A stretch of 64,000 nt of DNA from assembly GCA_902576125.1 (NCBI GenBank), contig CACGUF010000004.1, positions 363-64,362 on the forward strand, in the 5' to 3' direction. The stretch's first letter is position 1. Every line of letters starts with the position of its first letter. Under the pieces are notes generated by a model. That model ran no database searches and had not been told where the DNA came from. It saw only the letters and a program-made list of their open reading frames with translations. The stretch is from an uncultured Alphaproteobacteria bacterium (GTDB taxonomy: Bacteria; Pseudomonadota; Alphaproteobacteria; HIMB59; GCA-002718135). Shown here one piece after another: positions 36,925-46,049 of the stretch. Both the position numbers and the translations under genes were made by a program.

Positions 36925-38106
36925 ATGCCAAAGAAAATTGTTTTAGCTTATTCAGGAGGTTTAGACACTAGCGTAATTCTAAAATGGCTTCAAGAAAAAT
37001 ATAATTGTCCCATTGTTACATTTACTGCTGACGTGGGACAAGGTGAGGAACTTAGTCCAGTTAAAGGTAAGGCTGAGTCTCTTGGAGTAAAAGAAATATT
37101 TATAGAAGATTTAAGAGAGGATTTTGTAACAAATTACGTTTTTCCAATGTTTAGAGCAAATGCTCTTTATGAAGGATTGTATTTTTTAGGTACTGCGATT
37201 GCTAGACCATTGATAGCAAAAAGACAAATTGAAATTGCAAAAGAGGTAGGAGCAGACGCTGTAGCACATGGTGCAACTGGTAAAGGCAATGATCAAGTTC
37301 GATTTGAGCTGGGTTATTATGCGAACAATCCAAATATTGAAGTAATTTCACCTTGGAGAGAATGGGAATTAAATTCCAGAAATGATTTAGTTAACTTTGC
37401 TGAAAAGAATCAGATAAAAATTCCCAAAGATAAGCGAGGAGAAGCTCCCTTCAGTACCGATGCTAATTTGCTGCATACCTCGTCTGAGGGCAAAATTCTT
37501 GAAGATCCTTGGATAGATGCTCCTGAATTTGTATACTCAAGAACAAAATCTATTAAAGATGCAAGCTCAACACCAGAAGAAATAATTATCTCGTTTGAGA
37601 AAGGTGACCTGGTTTCAATAAATCAAAAAAAAATGCAATCTCATGAATTATTATCAAAACTAAATGAATATGGTTATAATCATGGAATTGGAAGAGAAGA
37701 TATAGTTGAAAATCGTTTTGTAGGAATGAAATCTAGAGGTGTATATGAAACCCCAGGAGGTACAATTTTAGCAAAAGCTCATAGAGCTATTGAAAGCATT
37801 ACACTAGATAGAGGTGAAGCACATCTAAAAGATGAAATTATGCCAAAATACGCAGAAACTATATACAATGGCTTATGGTTTTCTTCAGAAAGATTGAGTA
37901 TGCAAAGTTTGATTGACTCAACTCAACATAAAGTAACTGGAGATGTAAGATTAGAACTTTATAAAGGTAATATTATTATTAAAGGCAGAAGATCGCCATA
38001 TAGTAAATATAATCTATCGCTAGTGTCATTTGATGAAGTTGGTGATTTCAATCAACGGGATGCAGAAGGGTTTATTAAAATTAATTCATTAAGATTAAAA
38101 AACTGA
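36925..38106 (+). CDS. argG: Argininosuccinate synthase
   Basis: [17 protein letters not shown] (ATG at 36925 preferred over the track start at 36910), [35 protein letters not shown]. Confidence 0.97.
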   Translation: MPKKIVLAYSGGLDTSVILKWLQEKYNCPIVTFTADVGQGEELSPVKGKAESLGVKEIFIEDLREDFVTNYVFPMFRANALYEGLYFLGTAIARPLIAKRQIEIAKEVGADAVAHGATGKGNDQVRFELGYYANNPNIEVISPWREWELNSRNDLVNFAEKNQIKIPKDKRGEAPFSTDANLLHTSSEGKILEDPWIDAPEFVYSRTKSIKDASSTPEEIIISFEKGDLVSINQKKMQSHELLSKLNEYGYNHGIGREDIVENRFVGMKSRGVYETPGGTILAKAHRAIESITLDRGEAHLKDEIMPKYAETIYNGLWFSSERLSMQSLIDSTQHKVTGDVRLELYKGNIIIKGRRSPYSKYNLSLVSFDEVGDFNQRDAEGFIKINSLRLKN

Positions 38107-38114
38107 GGTAAGTA

Positions 38115-38972
38115 ATGGGTCTTGGGGACGATCTAATGATAACAGCTTTTGTAGAAGATGAGAAAAAAAAATACCCAAACAAACAAATTGTAATTGGCAA
38201 TGTAAAAGAAAAAATAATTTTTGATTCTCTGATTTTCCAAAATAATCCTAATATAACCCCAATAAATAAAGTAGATAAAAACAAACCCATACATTTTATA
38301 AATTATCATAATAGAAATCGTCCTTATTTTGATTATCAAAGTAGTAATAATGATAACTGGAAATGGAACATGAATTTTAGTCCAACACCAGGAAAATTAT
38401 ATTTTAAAGAAGATGAAAAAACTACAGCTAGAAAAATATTAAATGAGGCAAAAGATCATTGGGAAAAAAATAATAATTCAAAATTTAAAGCAATAATTTT
38501 TTTTGAGTCAACATCAGCCAAAGGTGATCGTAGCTTTTATTATAATAAAATGAAGAATAAAGATTGGGGAGAGTCTAATTGGAAAGAATTAATTTTAAGA
38601 CTAAAAAATGAATACCTCTTAATTCAGACTAAACATGAAAAAACTAAAAAATATGATGGTTTATTTGAGTCTTCAATTGACTTTAATTTCAGAGTTGCTT
38701 GTGCAATTATGAACCACTGTGACATTTTTTTAGGCTCTGAAGGCGGTTTAAGTCATGCTGCTGCAGCTTTGCACAAAAAAGCTGTTGTATATTTTGGTGG
38801 CTGGATTCATCCAAAGGTCACTGGTTATAACTTTCATGAAAATATATATTTTGATAATTTTAAATCTCCATGTGGAGCAGTAGGTTATATTTGCTCACAT
38901 TGTGAAGAGGCAAGAAAAACAATAACAGTAGATAATGTTTATAACAAAGTAATTTCGATTTTACAAAACTAG
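38115..38972 (+). CDS. Short GT9-like glycosyltransferase, solo
   Basis: MGLGDDLMITAFVEDEKKKYPNKQIVIGN (GD loop right at the N-terminus; in-frame stop at 38109-38111 prevents extension) and FLGSEGGLSHAAAALHKKAVVYFGG. Confidence 0.5.
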   Translation: MGLGDDLMITAFVEDEKKKYPNKQIVIGNVKEKIIFDSLIFQNNPNITPINKVDKNKPIHFINYHNRNRPYFDYQSSNNDNWKWNMNFSPTPGKLYFKEDEKTTARKILNEAKDHWEKNNNSKFKAIIFFESTSAKGDRSFYYNKMKNKDWGESNWKELILRLKNEYLLIQTKHEKTKKYDGLFESSIDFNFRVACAIMNHCDIFLGSEGGLSHAAAALHKKAVVYFGGWIHPKVTGYNFHENIYFDNFKSPCGAVGYICSHCEEARKTITVDNVYNKVISILQN

Positions 38973-39856
38973 TTTTTCTGTGAATTTTTAAATGCTATTG
39001 TTGTGTTTCTTAACAAACAAGCAATTGTCATTGGGCCTACTCCACCTGGAACTGGAGTAATTGCAGATGCTTTTTTTTCTACTTCTATAAAATCTACATC
39101 TCCAACTAGTTTACTTTTATTTTCTCCATCAATATTAACTTCAATTCTGTTTATTCCAACATCTATAACCACAGCACCATTTTTTACCCAATTTCCTTTA
39201 ACCATCTCCGGTCTTCCAACTGCAGCAACAACAATATCTGCATCTTTACAAAGCTTTTCTATATTTTTAGTTTTGGAGTGTGCAATAGTTACAGTGCAAG
39301 ATTCTTTTAATAATAGCTGAGCCATTGGTTTCCCAACAATATTTGATCTTCCTATTACAACAGCATTTTTTCCTTGAAGATTTATATCTAAACCCTTTAA
39401 CATTACAAGACATCCGTATGGTGTACATGGAATTAGTAAATTTTCATCGTTGTTATTTGCAACAGATAATTTTCCAACATTTAAAGGGTGAAAACCATCA
39501 GCATCTTTATCAGGATGAATTGAGTCCAAAATAATTTGTTCATTAATGTGTTTAGGAAGTGGAAGTTGAACCAATATACCATTTACATTATTTTGATTAT
39601 TTAGTTTCATAACTAATTCTAGCAATTCTTTCTCTGAAGTTTCTTCTTTAAGATGATGATCAATTACTTCAATTCCAACTTCTTTAGCACTTTTAGTTTT
39701 CGCTTTAACATAAACACTACTTGCGGCCACATTACCAACTTGAACAACTGCAAGACCAGGAACTTTTCCAATTTTATTCTTTAAATTATCAATTTCTCTC
39801 TTAAGTTGATTTCTTAAGTTTTGAGCAATTTCTTTTCCATTAATTAGTTTCGTCAT
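38969..39856 (-). CDS. folD: Bifunctional methylenetetrahydrofolate dehydrogenase/cyclohydrolase
   Basis: From ATG 39856: MTKLINGKEIA..., PGLAVVQVGN..AS.VYV..K, GILVQLPLP, DGFHPLNVGKL, VIGRSNIVGKPMA, PVPGGVGPMT. Confidence 0.95.
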   Translation of the reverse strand: MTKLINGKEIAQNLRNQLKREIDNLKNKIGKVPGLAVVQVGNVAASSVYVKAKTKSAKEVGIEVIDHHLKEETSEKELLELVMKLNNQNNVNGILVQLPLPKHINEQIILDSIHPDKDADGFHPLNVGKLSVANNNDENLLIPCTPYGCLVMLKGLDINLQGKNAVVIGRSNIVGKPMAQLLLKESCTVTIAHSKTKNIEKLCKDADIVVAAVGRPEMVKGNWVKNGAVVIDVGINRIEVNIDGENKSKLVGDVDFIEVEKKASAITPVPGGVGPMTIACLLRNTTIAFKNSQKN

Positions 39857-39857
39857 A

Positions 39858-40139
39858 TTATCTCGGCCAATATTCAATTAGTAAACTTTTAATAAACCAT
39901 AATCCTAAATATACAATGATAGGCGAAATATCTATTGTTCCTAGATTTGGAATATATCTTCTAACAAGTTTTAAACTTGGTTCACATATACGATACATAG
40001 CCTCCATAACATTATAAACAAAGCGATTAGATGAGTTGATTATATTAAAATTTAGCAACCAAGTTGCGATGATATAAATCAACAATATAAATTGATATAA
40101 ATTTATAATTTGTATTATTAATCCTAAAAGTGAATTCAT
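39858..40139 (-). CDS. yggT: YggT-family membrane protein
   Basis: 93 aa, two TM segments. IINLYQFILLIYIIATWL...P.LK.VRRYIPNLGTIDISPII is the YGGT repeat pattern. Its stop is 1 nt from the folD ATG. Confidence 0.8.
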   Translation of the reverse strand: MNSLLGLIIQIINLYQFILLIYIIATWLLNFNIINSSNRFVYNVMEAMYRICEPSLKLVRRYIPNLGTIDISPIIVYLGLWFIKSLLIEYWPR

Positions 40140-40300
40140 CTTGTTTCGTAATTAGTTAATTTATCATCATATTGCAAAGGGAAATACTTAATCACATCAT
40201 TTTCTTTAATACTGCAAATACAAATTATCTTAATTTCATTAAAATTTTTTTTAAAATTTATAATTTTTTTATATTCTTTTGAGGGCTGTTTATTTAACAT
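40136..40300 (-). CDS. Possible small protein (54 aa), stop overlapping the yggT start (ATGA)
   Basis: My translation: MLNKQPSKEYKKIINFKKNFNEIKIICICSIKENDVIKYFPLQYDDKLTNYETR*. It starts right after the upstream terminator and is below the track cut-off. I recognise no family. Confidence 0.25.
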   Translation of the reverse strand: MLNKQPSKEYKKIINFKKNFNEIKIICICSIKENDVIKYFPLQYDDKLTNYETR

Positions 40301-40328
40301 AAAAAAAGCGGTCTATAAAAAGACCGCT
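40301..40328 (-). terminator. Rho-independent terminator after the substrate-binding-protein gene
   Basis: Stem GCGGTCT (40308-40314) pairs with AGACCGC (40321-40327). On the minus strand it is followed by 7 T (plus-strand A-run 40301-40307). Confidence 0.75.
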
Positions 40329-40350
40329 ATTGTATATTTATCAAATTTTT

Positions 40351-41196
40351 TTACATAGAAATGTCTCTACCAAACCACTTTTTAGTGATTTCAGCAGTTG
40401 TGCCATCAGCTGACATTTCAGCAATAGCTTTATTCCACATATCTACTATGTCGGTGTCTTCTTTTCTAACTGCACCACCAACACCATCTCCAAAAACTCC
40501 GCCTGAAAAAGTTGGGCCAGTGAAAGCTACATCAACACCTCCATCAGATTCCATAAAGTCAATTATAGATCCAACATCAGCAAGAATAGCATCACATCTA
40601 CCAGCAGCTAAGTCTAAATTGTGATCATCAACCGCTTGATACAATTTAACTTTAACAGCTCCAGACATATGTTTTTCTAAAAAGTTTTGATGAATAGTTG
40701 AAGATTGAACACAAACTGTAGATCCATTCATTGCTGCAATTAGTTGACCAATAGCAGCTTGTTCTTTTCCACCTGCATTGTTTAAGTTAACTTTGTTAAC
40801 TCCTCCTGTAAATTTAGCAACTGATAAACCTTCAAGGCCGCTTCCTTTTAATACTGCAAACCTTGCACCATCAGTCATATAACCGTTGGTAAAATTTACT
40901 TTTTCTTTTCTCTCTTCAGTAATTGACATACCAGCAATGATGATGTCATATTTTCCTTGAAGTAGAGCTGGAATAATTCCATCCCAATCTTGTGTTACCC
41001 ATTCACAGTCAACGCCCATTCTTGCACATGCTTCATTACCAAAATCAATTTCAGCACCTTCTAGTTCGCCTGCTGAATTTAAGTTATTCCATGGTGGATA
41101 AGCACCTTCAGTTCCTATTCTAATAGATTTAGCGTTTGCTATAGTTGTAAAGCCTAATACGCTTAAAGAAAATAAGATTAATAAAATTTTTTTCAC
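40351..41196 (-). CDS. Periplasmic amino-acid/opine ABC-transporter substrate-binding protein (family 3), orphan
   Basis: Signal peptide MKKILLILFSLSVLGFTTIANA, then IRIGTEGAYPPWN, DIIIAGMSITEERK. GTG start preceded by AAGGAGGAAGT. Visibly GC-richer than its surroundings. No permease or ATPase genes are adjacent. Confidence 0.85.
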   Translation of the reverse strand: MKKILLILFSLSVLGFTTIANAKSIRIGTEGAYPPWNNLNSAGELEGAEIDFGNEACARMGVDCEWVTQDWDGIIPALLQGKYDIIIAGMSITEERKEKVNFTNGYMTDGARFAVLKGSGLEGLSVAKFTGGVNKVNLNNAGGKEQAAIGQLIAAMNGSTVCVQSSTIHQNFLEKHMSGAVKVKLYQAVDDHNLDLAAGRCDAILADVGSIIDFMESDGGVDVAFTGPTFSGGVFGDGVGGAVRKEDTDIVDMWNKAIAEMSADGTTAEITKKWFGRDISM

Positions 41197-41295
41197 ACTT
41201 CCTCCTTGTGAATTACTTTAAGATAGTAATTTTATATATTTATAAGCAAGTCATATATCCTAAATCAAAAAATACAATTTAAATACTTATTTAGT

Positions 41296-41667
41296 CTAAT
41301 TTTTTTTTAAATTTTTAATAAAAAAAACCATTGAAAATAATAGCAATATAAAAGGAAAAAGCCATAAAAGCACATTTTTTATATTAAAATATGGTTTAAA
41401 TAAAATATACTCACCGTACCTTTCAGTCAAAAAAAGCTTAATTTCTTTTTCATTTAAACCTTCTTTAAATTTATCATTTACTAGATTTTTGATATCTTTT
41501 GCAAAATCTGAGTCTGAGTCATATACACTTTGATTTTGACAAGTCATGCATCTTAATTCCAGTGTTAGTTTTTTTACTTTTAAATCTAGTTTGTCATTTG
41601 ATAATGCAACATTAGAAAACAATAACAAAAAAATTATGTATTTAAAATAGTATTGAAATTTCATCAT
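41296..41667 (-). CDS. ccmH: Cytochrome c-type biogenesis protein CcmH
   Basis: LRCMTCQNQSVYDSDSDFAKDIK (CXXC motif), plus a C-terminal TM. Confidence 0.85.
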   Translation of the reverse strand: MMKFQYYFKYIIFLLLFSNVALSNDKLDLKVKKLTLELRCMTCQNQSVYDSDSDFAKDIKNLVNDKFKEGLNEKEIKLFLTERYGEYILFKPYFNIKNVLLWLFPFILLLFSMVFFIKNLKKN

Positions 41668-42223
41668 CTATAATTTCTTTTGTTAGTGGCCCAATATGCT
41701 TAAATATTATTTTACCATTATTATTAATAATAAATGTCTCAGGTAAACCAAAAACGCCAAATTCAAGTGCAATTTTTCCATCTTGATCAAGGCCTACAAA
41801 GCTATATGGATTTCCTTCTTCATTTAAATACTTTATAGAGTCTTTTGGATTATCTTTATGGGCAATACCAAGTAAAAAAACATTTTGATAATTATTTTTA
41901 ATTTCAAAAAATAAATTGTGTTCAGCCCTACATGGTGTGCACCAAGATGCAAAAAAATTTATAATTGTATATTTATTCTGTATATTATTTTCATTAGTAT
42001 AGGCGTTATTATTAACCGGTAAGTTGACATTCCTTCTTATATTTTCAGATGATAAAAGTACGTATTTATTATATAAGCTCTTAGTTGAAAACTCTGGTAT
42101 TTCTTTATTTAATAATGCGCTAGGCGGGTTGCTTGGGTTTTTTTCAAATATTATAAACAAAAGAAAAAAAATACATACTGTAATTAATAAAATCAGAGGT
42201 AAAAATTTAAGTACTTTATTCAT
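41642..42223 (-). CDS. ccmG: Thiol:disulfide interchange protein CcmG/DsbE
   Basis: N-terminal TM anchor, FFASWCTPCRAEH and GVFGLPETFII. Confidence 0.85.
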   Translation of the reverse strand: MNKVLKFLPLILLITVCIFFLLFIIFEKNPSNPPSALLNKEIPEFSTKSLYNKYVLLSSENIRRNVNLPVNNNAYTNENNIQNKYTIINFFASWCTPCRAEHNLFFEIKNNYQNVFLLGIAHKDNPKDSIKYLNEEGNPYSFVGLDQDGKIALEFGVFGLPETFIINNNGKIIFKHIGPLTKEIIDDEISILF

Positions 42224-44085
42224 CTTTTAAAAATTGCTATTAATCCAGAAAATATCATTATAATCACACCTATCCAAATAAAACTCACTAGAGGGTTTAT
42301 GTATACTTTTATATTCCAAATATTATTATCTTCAGCGCCTAAAGTTATATAAATATCTTTTAACCAATCATGATATATACCCGCCTCAGTAGTAATCATT
42401 TTTGAAACTGGGTAATAGTTTTTTGCTGGTAAAATGTAATCAATTAAATCGTTTTTCTGTTTTAAACTAAAAGAAGCTTTTAAGGTTTGATAATTTTTTT
42501 CTTCCATTATTTTGATATTTTCCAATTTTAAAATATTTTCATTTAAATTAATTTCTTGTCCTACAGAAATATTAAAATTATACTCTTTTTGATATACGCT
42601 GGAAAACGTAATACCTATTATCATTATGCCCACACCAATATGTGCAATAAAACTATTTATTGATTTTATATAATTAAATGAAATTAAAAATTGAAATCTT
42701 AATATTATTGATATTATTGAAGCTAAAATTATCCACGAACCTAAAATCAAACCAATAAATCCCCAAGTATTAAAAACTGTAAAATAAGAATGTAAAAATA
42801 CAACAAAACTTAAAATTAAAAAAAATATTACATAAGTTCTAAATTTTTTAATTTTGTTTGATTGCCATGAAAGTACTGGAGCTATGCTCATTAATAGGAA
42901 ACCAGGCAAAAGTATTGGTAAGACTGTTGCGTTAAAATACGGTCCTCCAACAGATACTCGAGTGTTTGTTAATACTTCAATAAAAATTGGATAAATTGTT
43001 CCTAAAAGTATTGTAAGCATGGCTATTATCATCAGAATATTATTTATAATCAAAGCTGATGTTTTATTTATTAAAAGTAATTGTAAATTATTTTTGTTTG
43101 CAGGCGATTTAATTAAAAAAATCAAAAAACCAAACCCTGTTATTAAAAAGAAAATTAGTAAAATAAAAAGACCTCTAGAAGCATCAGATGCGAATGAGTG
43201 AACACTAGTTAAAATACCAGATCTAACTAAAAATGTTCCTAAAATACTGAGAGAAAAACATAGTATTGATAAAAAAACAATCCATCTTTCAATCGTTTGC
43301 TCTCCTCTAATCATTATTAATGAATGTACTAAAGCCAAGCCAACTATCCATGGCATCAATGAAATATTTTCAACAGGATCCCAAAACCACCATCCTCCCC
43401 AACCAAGTTCATAATATGCCCAATAAGATCCAAGGGCAATACCAGCTGTAAGAAAAGTCCAACTAATAATTGCCCATTTTTTTGTTTCAATAATCCAATT
43501 TGTATCTCTGCTTTTTTTAAATAAACTTGCCATTCCTAAACTAAACACCAAAGAGAAACCAACATAGCCCATATAGAGCATTGGAGGATGAATTGCTAAA
43601 GCAGGGTCTTGTAAAATTGGATTTAATCCAAGACCTTCATCTACTTTTACAGAATTTACTAAAAAAGGATTAGATGTAAAAATAATGAAAAAAGCAAAGA
43701 TTACAAAAAGTGAGCTTTGAATTTTTAATACATTTATTTTAAAATCATCTAACGCATTGCTTATTAAAGAATAAGCAAACCCATAAATTGAAATCATACA
43801 AAGCCATAATAAAATAGAACCTTCATGATTGCCCCAAGTGCCAGAAATTTTGTAAATCAGAGGCTTATTTGAATGAGAATTCTGAAAAACATTAAAATTT
43901 GAGAAATCTGAAGAAACATATGCAACTATTAATGATACAAAAGAAATACAGATTAAAAAAGTTGATAATCTAAAAAATAACAAAAAAAATTTTATTTTAA
44001 ACTTAAATATTGAATTTGGTATTAACAATGTAATAGAAAAAAAGGCTGATAAACATAGTGCAGAAAAACCTATTAATGAAATCAT
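42220..44085 (-). CDS. ccmF: Cytochrome c heme lyase subunit CcmF
   Basis: 621 aa polytopic protein with the WWD motif GWGGWWFWDPVEN. Confidence 0.95.
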   Translation of the reverse strand: MISLIGFSALCLSAFFSITLLIPNSIFKFKIKFFLLFFRLSTFLICISFVSLIVAYVSSDFSNFNVFQNSHSNKPLIYKISGTWGNHEGSILLWLCMISIYGFAYSLISNALDDFKINVLKIQSSLFVIFAFFIIFTSNPFLVNSVKVDEGLGLNPILQDPALAIHPPMLYMGYVGFSLVFSLGMASLFKKSRDTNWIIETKKWAIISWTFLTAGIALGSYWAYYELGWGGWWFWDPVENISLMPWIVGLALVHSLIMIRGEQTIERWIVFLSILCFSLSILGTFLVRSGILTSVHSFASDASRGLFILLIFFLITGFGFLIFLIKSPANKNNLQLLLINKTSALIINNILMIIAMLTILLGTIYPIFIEVLTNTRVSVGGPYFNATVLPILLPGFLLMSIAPVLSWQSNKIKKFRTYVIFFLILSFVVFLHSYFTVFNTWGFIGLILGSWIILASIISIILRFQFLISFNYIKSINSFIAHIGVGIMIIGITFSSVYQKEYNFNISVGQEINLNENILKLENIKIMEEKNYQTLKASFSLKQKNDLIDYILPAKNYYPVSKMITTEAGIYHDWLKDIYITLGAEDNNIWNIKVYINPLVSFIWIGVIIMIFSGLIAIFKR

Positions 44086-44522
44086 TTATATTTTTTTTTC
44101 CATTGATTATTTTTTTCTAATTCTTTTTTTATTGAAGAAGGCATATAATTTTCATCATGTTTTGCATAAACTCTATTGGCAATGATAATATTGTTATTAT
44201 TAACAATACCTTCAATAACCGTTCCTTGCCCTTCTCTAAATAGGTCAGGTAGTATGCCTTCATAAATTACTGAGAGATCATAATTATTGTCAGTAATTTT
44301 AAACTCATATTTATTAAGAGATATTTTTTTAAATGTAGACTCTTTAACGTAACCACCTATTCTTATTTTTGTATCTTTGTTAATATCTTTTTTAATTAAT
44401 TCAGAAGGTGTATAGAAAAATATGATATTTTGTTTAGTATTAAAAAGAATTAATATTATTGCAAACCCTAATACAATTAATGTTATTAGAATCAATATTA
44501 GTCTTTGAAATCTCAAACTCAT
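44082..44522 (-). CDS. ccmE: Heme chaperone CcmE
   Basis: N-terminal TM, IRIGGYVKE, and C-terminal VYAKHDENYMP (heme-binding His context). Confidence 0.9.
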   Translation of the reverse strand: MSLRFQRLILILITLIVLGFAIILILFNTKQNIIFFYTPSELIKKDINKDTKIRIGGYVKESTFKKISLNKYEFKITDNNYDLSVIYEGILPDLFREGQGTVIEGIVNNNNIIIANRVYAKHDENYMPSSIKKELEKNNQWKKKYK

Positions 44523-44524
44523 TA

Positions 44525-44623
44525 TTATTTAAGATTTTTTAATTTTAAATATGAAAGTATTAGTAGACCAAAAACTAAAAAAAAAGCTGAAATATAAGCA
44601 ATAAAAACAAACCAAAAATACAT
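44525..44623 (-). CDS. ccmD: Heme exporter protein CcmD (32 aa, not in the ORF track)
   Basis: My translation: MYFWFVFIAYISAFFLVFGLLILSYLKLKNLK*. It has a single TM plus a basic tail, sits exactly between ccmC and ccmE, and its stop is 2 nt from the ccmE ATG. Confidence 0.7.
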   Translation of the reverse strand: MYFWFVFIAYISAFFLVFGLLILSYLKLKNLK

Positions 44624-44681
44624 AATTATTACTATATAAAATTTAATAATAGATAAAGCGGTGACTAAAAGTCACAAATAG

Positions 44682-45380
44682 CTAAAGATCCCTTTTTCTT
44701 ATTAAAATTTCTGCTTTTATTCTCAAAATTGCAATAATAAGGCCAATTAAGCTAAAAGCTATAGTCATTACCAGCAGGGGTTTTAGCATTGATATATCTA
44801 TTGAAGGAGAGGATAATTTACTTATGCTAGCTGGTTGATGCAAGGTATTCCACCAATCAACTGAAAATTTTATAATTGGAAGATTAATTGAGCCAATTAA
44901 AATAAATATCGCTACAGTCTTTTCTTTCACCTCTCTACTTTCAAAAGTTTGATTTAAAAAAATAATTATTACATAAATTATTAATAAAATCGCGACGGAT
45001 GTTAACCGCGCATCCCATACCCACCAAGTACCCCACATTGGTTTTCCCCATAATGATCCAGATAATAGGCATAAGGTAGTAAAAATAGCCCCAATTGGAG
45101 CTATTGCTTTGTTAATTATGAAGCTAAAAGGTATTTTAAAAGCTAATCCAACAATACTGTAAATAGTCATTATAGCGTATGTAAGTAAGGCTAACCAGGC
45201 AGATGGAACATGAATATACATAATCTTTACTGTTAACCCTTGTTGATAATCTAAAGGTGAATAATAAACTAAAATCAATCCCAGTATAAGAATAATAAAA
45301 GCAATAATTAGAAGTGGTTTAAATATTATATCTGCAAGAATATTAAATTTGTTAGGATTGATTAAAAAATTAAGCATCAT
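44682..45380 (-). CDS. ccmC: Heme exporter protein CcmC
   Basis: WWD motif WGKPMWGTWWVWDARLTS, with six TM segments. Confidence 0.95.
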   Translation of the reverse strand: MMLNFLINPNKFNILADIIFKPLLIIAFIILILGLILVYYSPLDYQQGLTVKIMYIHVPSAWLALLTYAIMTIYSIVGLAFKIPFSFIINKAIAPIGAIFTTLCLLSGSLWGKPMWGTWWVWDARLTSVAILLIIYVIIIFLNQTFESREVKEKTVAIFILIGSINLPIIKFSVDWWNTLHQPASISKLSSPSIDISMLKPLLVMTIAFSLIGLIIAILRIKAEILIRKRDL

Positions 45381-46048
45381 TTATTTCTTAATGCTAGCCT
45401 AATAAAAGCAGCACTAGACCAAGGAGCAATTCCCAGAAAAATTAAAGCTATACCTATGAGCAAATTAATCAAATTATTAAAATTGCTATCAGAATTATTT
45501 ATTCCAACCGAGAATATAATTACTGGTATGCTAAATAAGAGCACAATAATACTTCCAATAGAAAAGTTAGTTTTATTAAGCAGATTCATTGATGAAGAAA
45601 TAGAGCCCAAACAAGATAAAATCAATGAACCAATTATAAATGTTAAAATTAAATTATAAACCTCAATAATTGGAAGGTTAAAAAATACACTTGCTATTGG
45701 GATAGAGGCCAAAAAAGGAATTTGTACAAATAAAAAATGTGAAATGATTTTAAAAAAAACAATTAATTCATAACTCATACCCCCCATATGAATTATTGTA
45801 ATCACACCATTATTAAAATCTTCCTCATAAAATTTTCTTAAACTTAATGTAGAGCTAAGAAGCAATAGGCTCCAAATTATTCCCAGGCCAACTGTTCTTA
45901 AAAGTTGCTCATCAGCCCCTAAAGCAAATACAAAAACAAAAATAGATAAGAAAAAAAATAAAATATTTGAACAAAGATCTACAAAATTACTAAAAAATAT
46001 TTGTGATTCTCTTTTAATAAATAAAAATATTTTTTTTAAAAAAACCAT
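45377..46048 (-). CDS. ccmB: Heme exporter permease CcmB
   Basis: 223-aa polytopic protein between ccmA and ccmC, with 4-nt and 1-nt junctions. Confidence 0.8.
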   Translation of the reverse strand: MVFLKKIFLFIKRESQIFFSNFVDLCSNILFFFLSIFVFVFALGADEQLLRTVGLGIIWSLLLLSSTLSLRKFYEEDFNNGVITIIHMGGMSYELIVFFKIISHFLFVQIPFLASIPIASVFFNLPIIEVYNLILTFIIGSLILSCLGSISSSMNLLNKTNFSIGSIIVLLFSIPVIIFSVGINNSDSNFNNLINLLIGIALIFLGIAPWSSAAFIRLALRNK

Positions 46049-46049
46049 A

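Noticed and set aside
44655-44680. Hairpin between ccmC and ccmD as an intrinsic terminator.
   Set aside because: The stem is only 5 bp and no U-tract follows on the transcribed strand. It also sits in the middle of an obviously co-transcribed operon.
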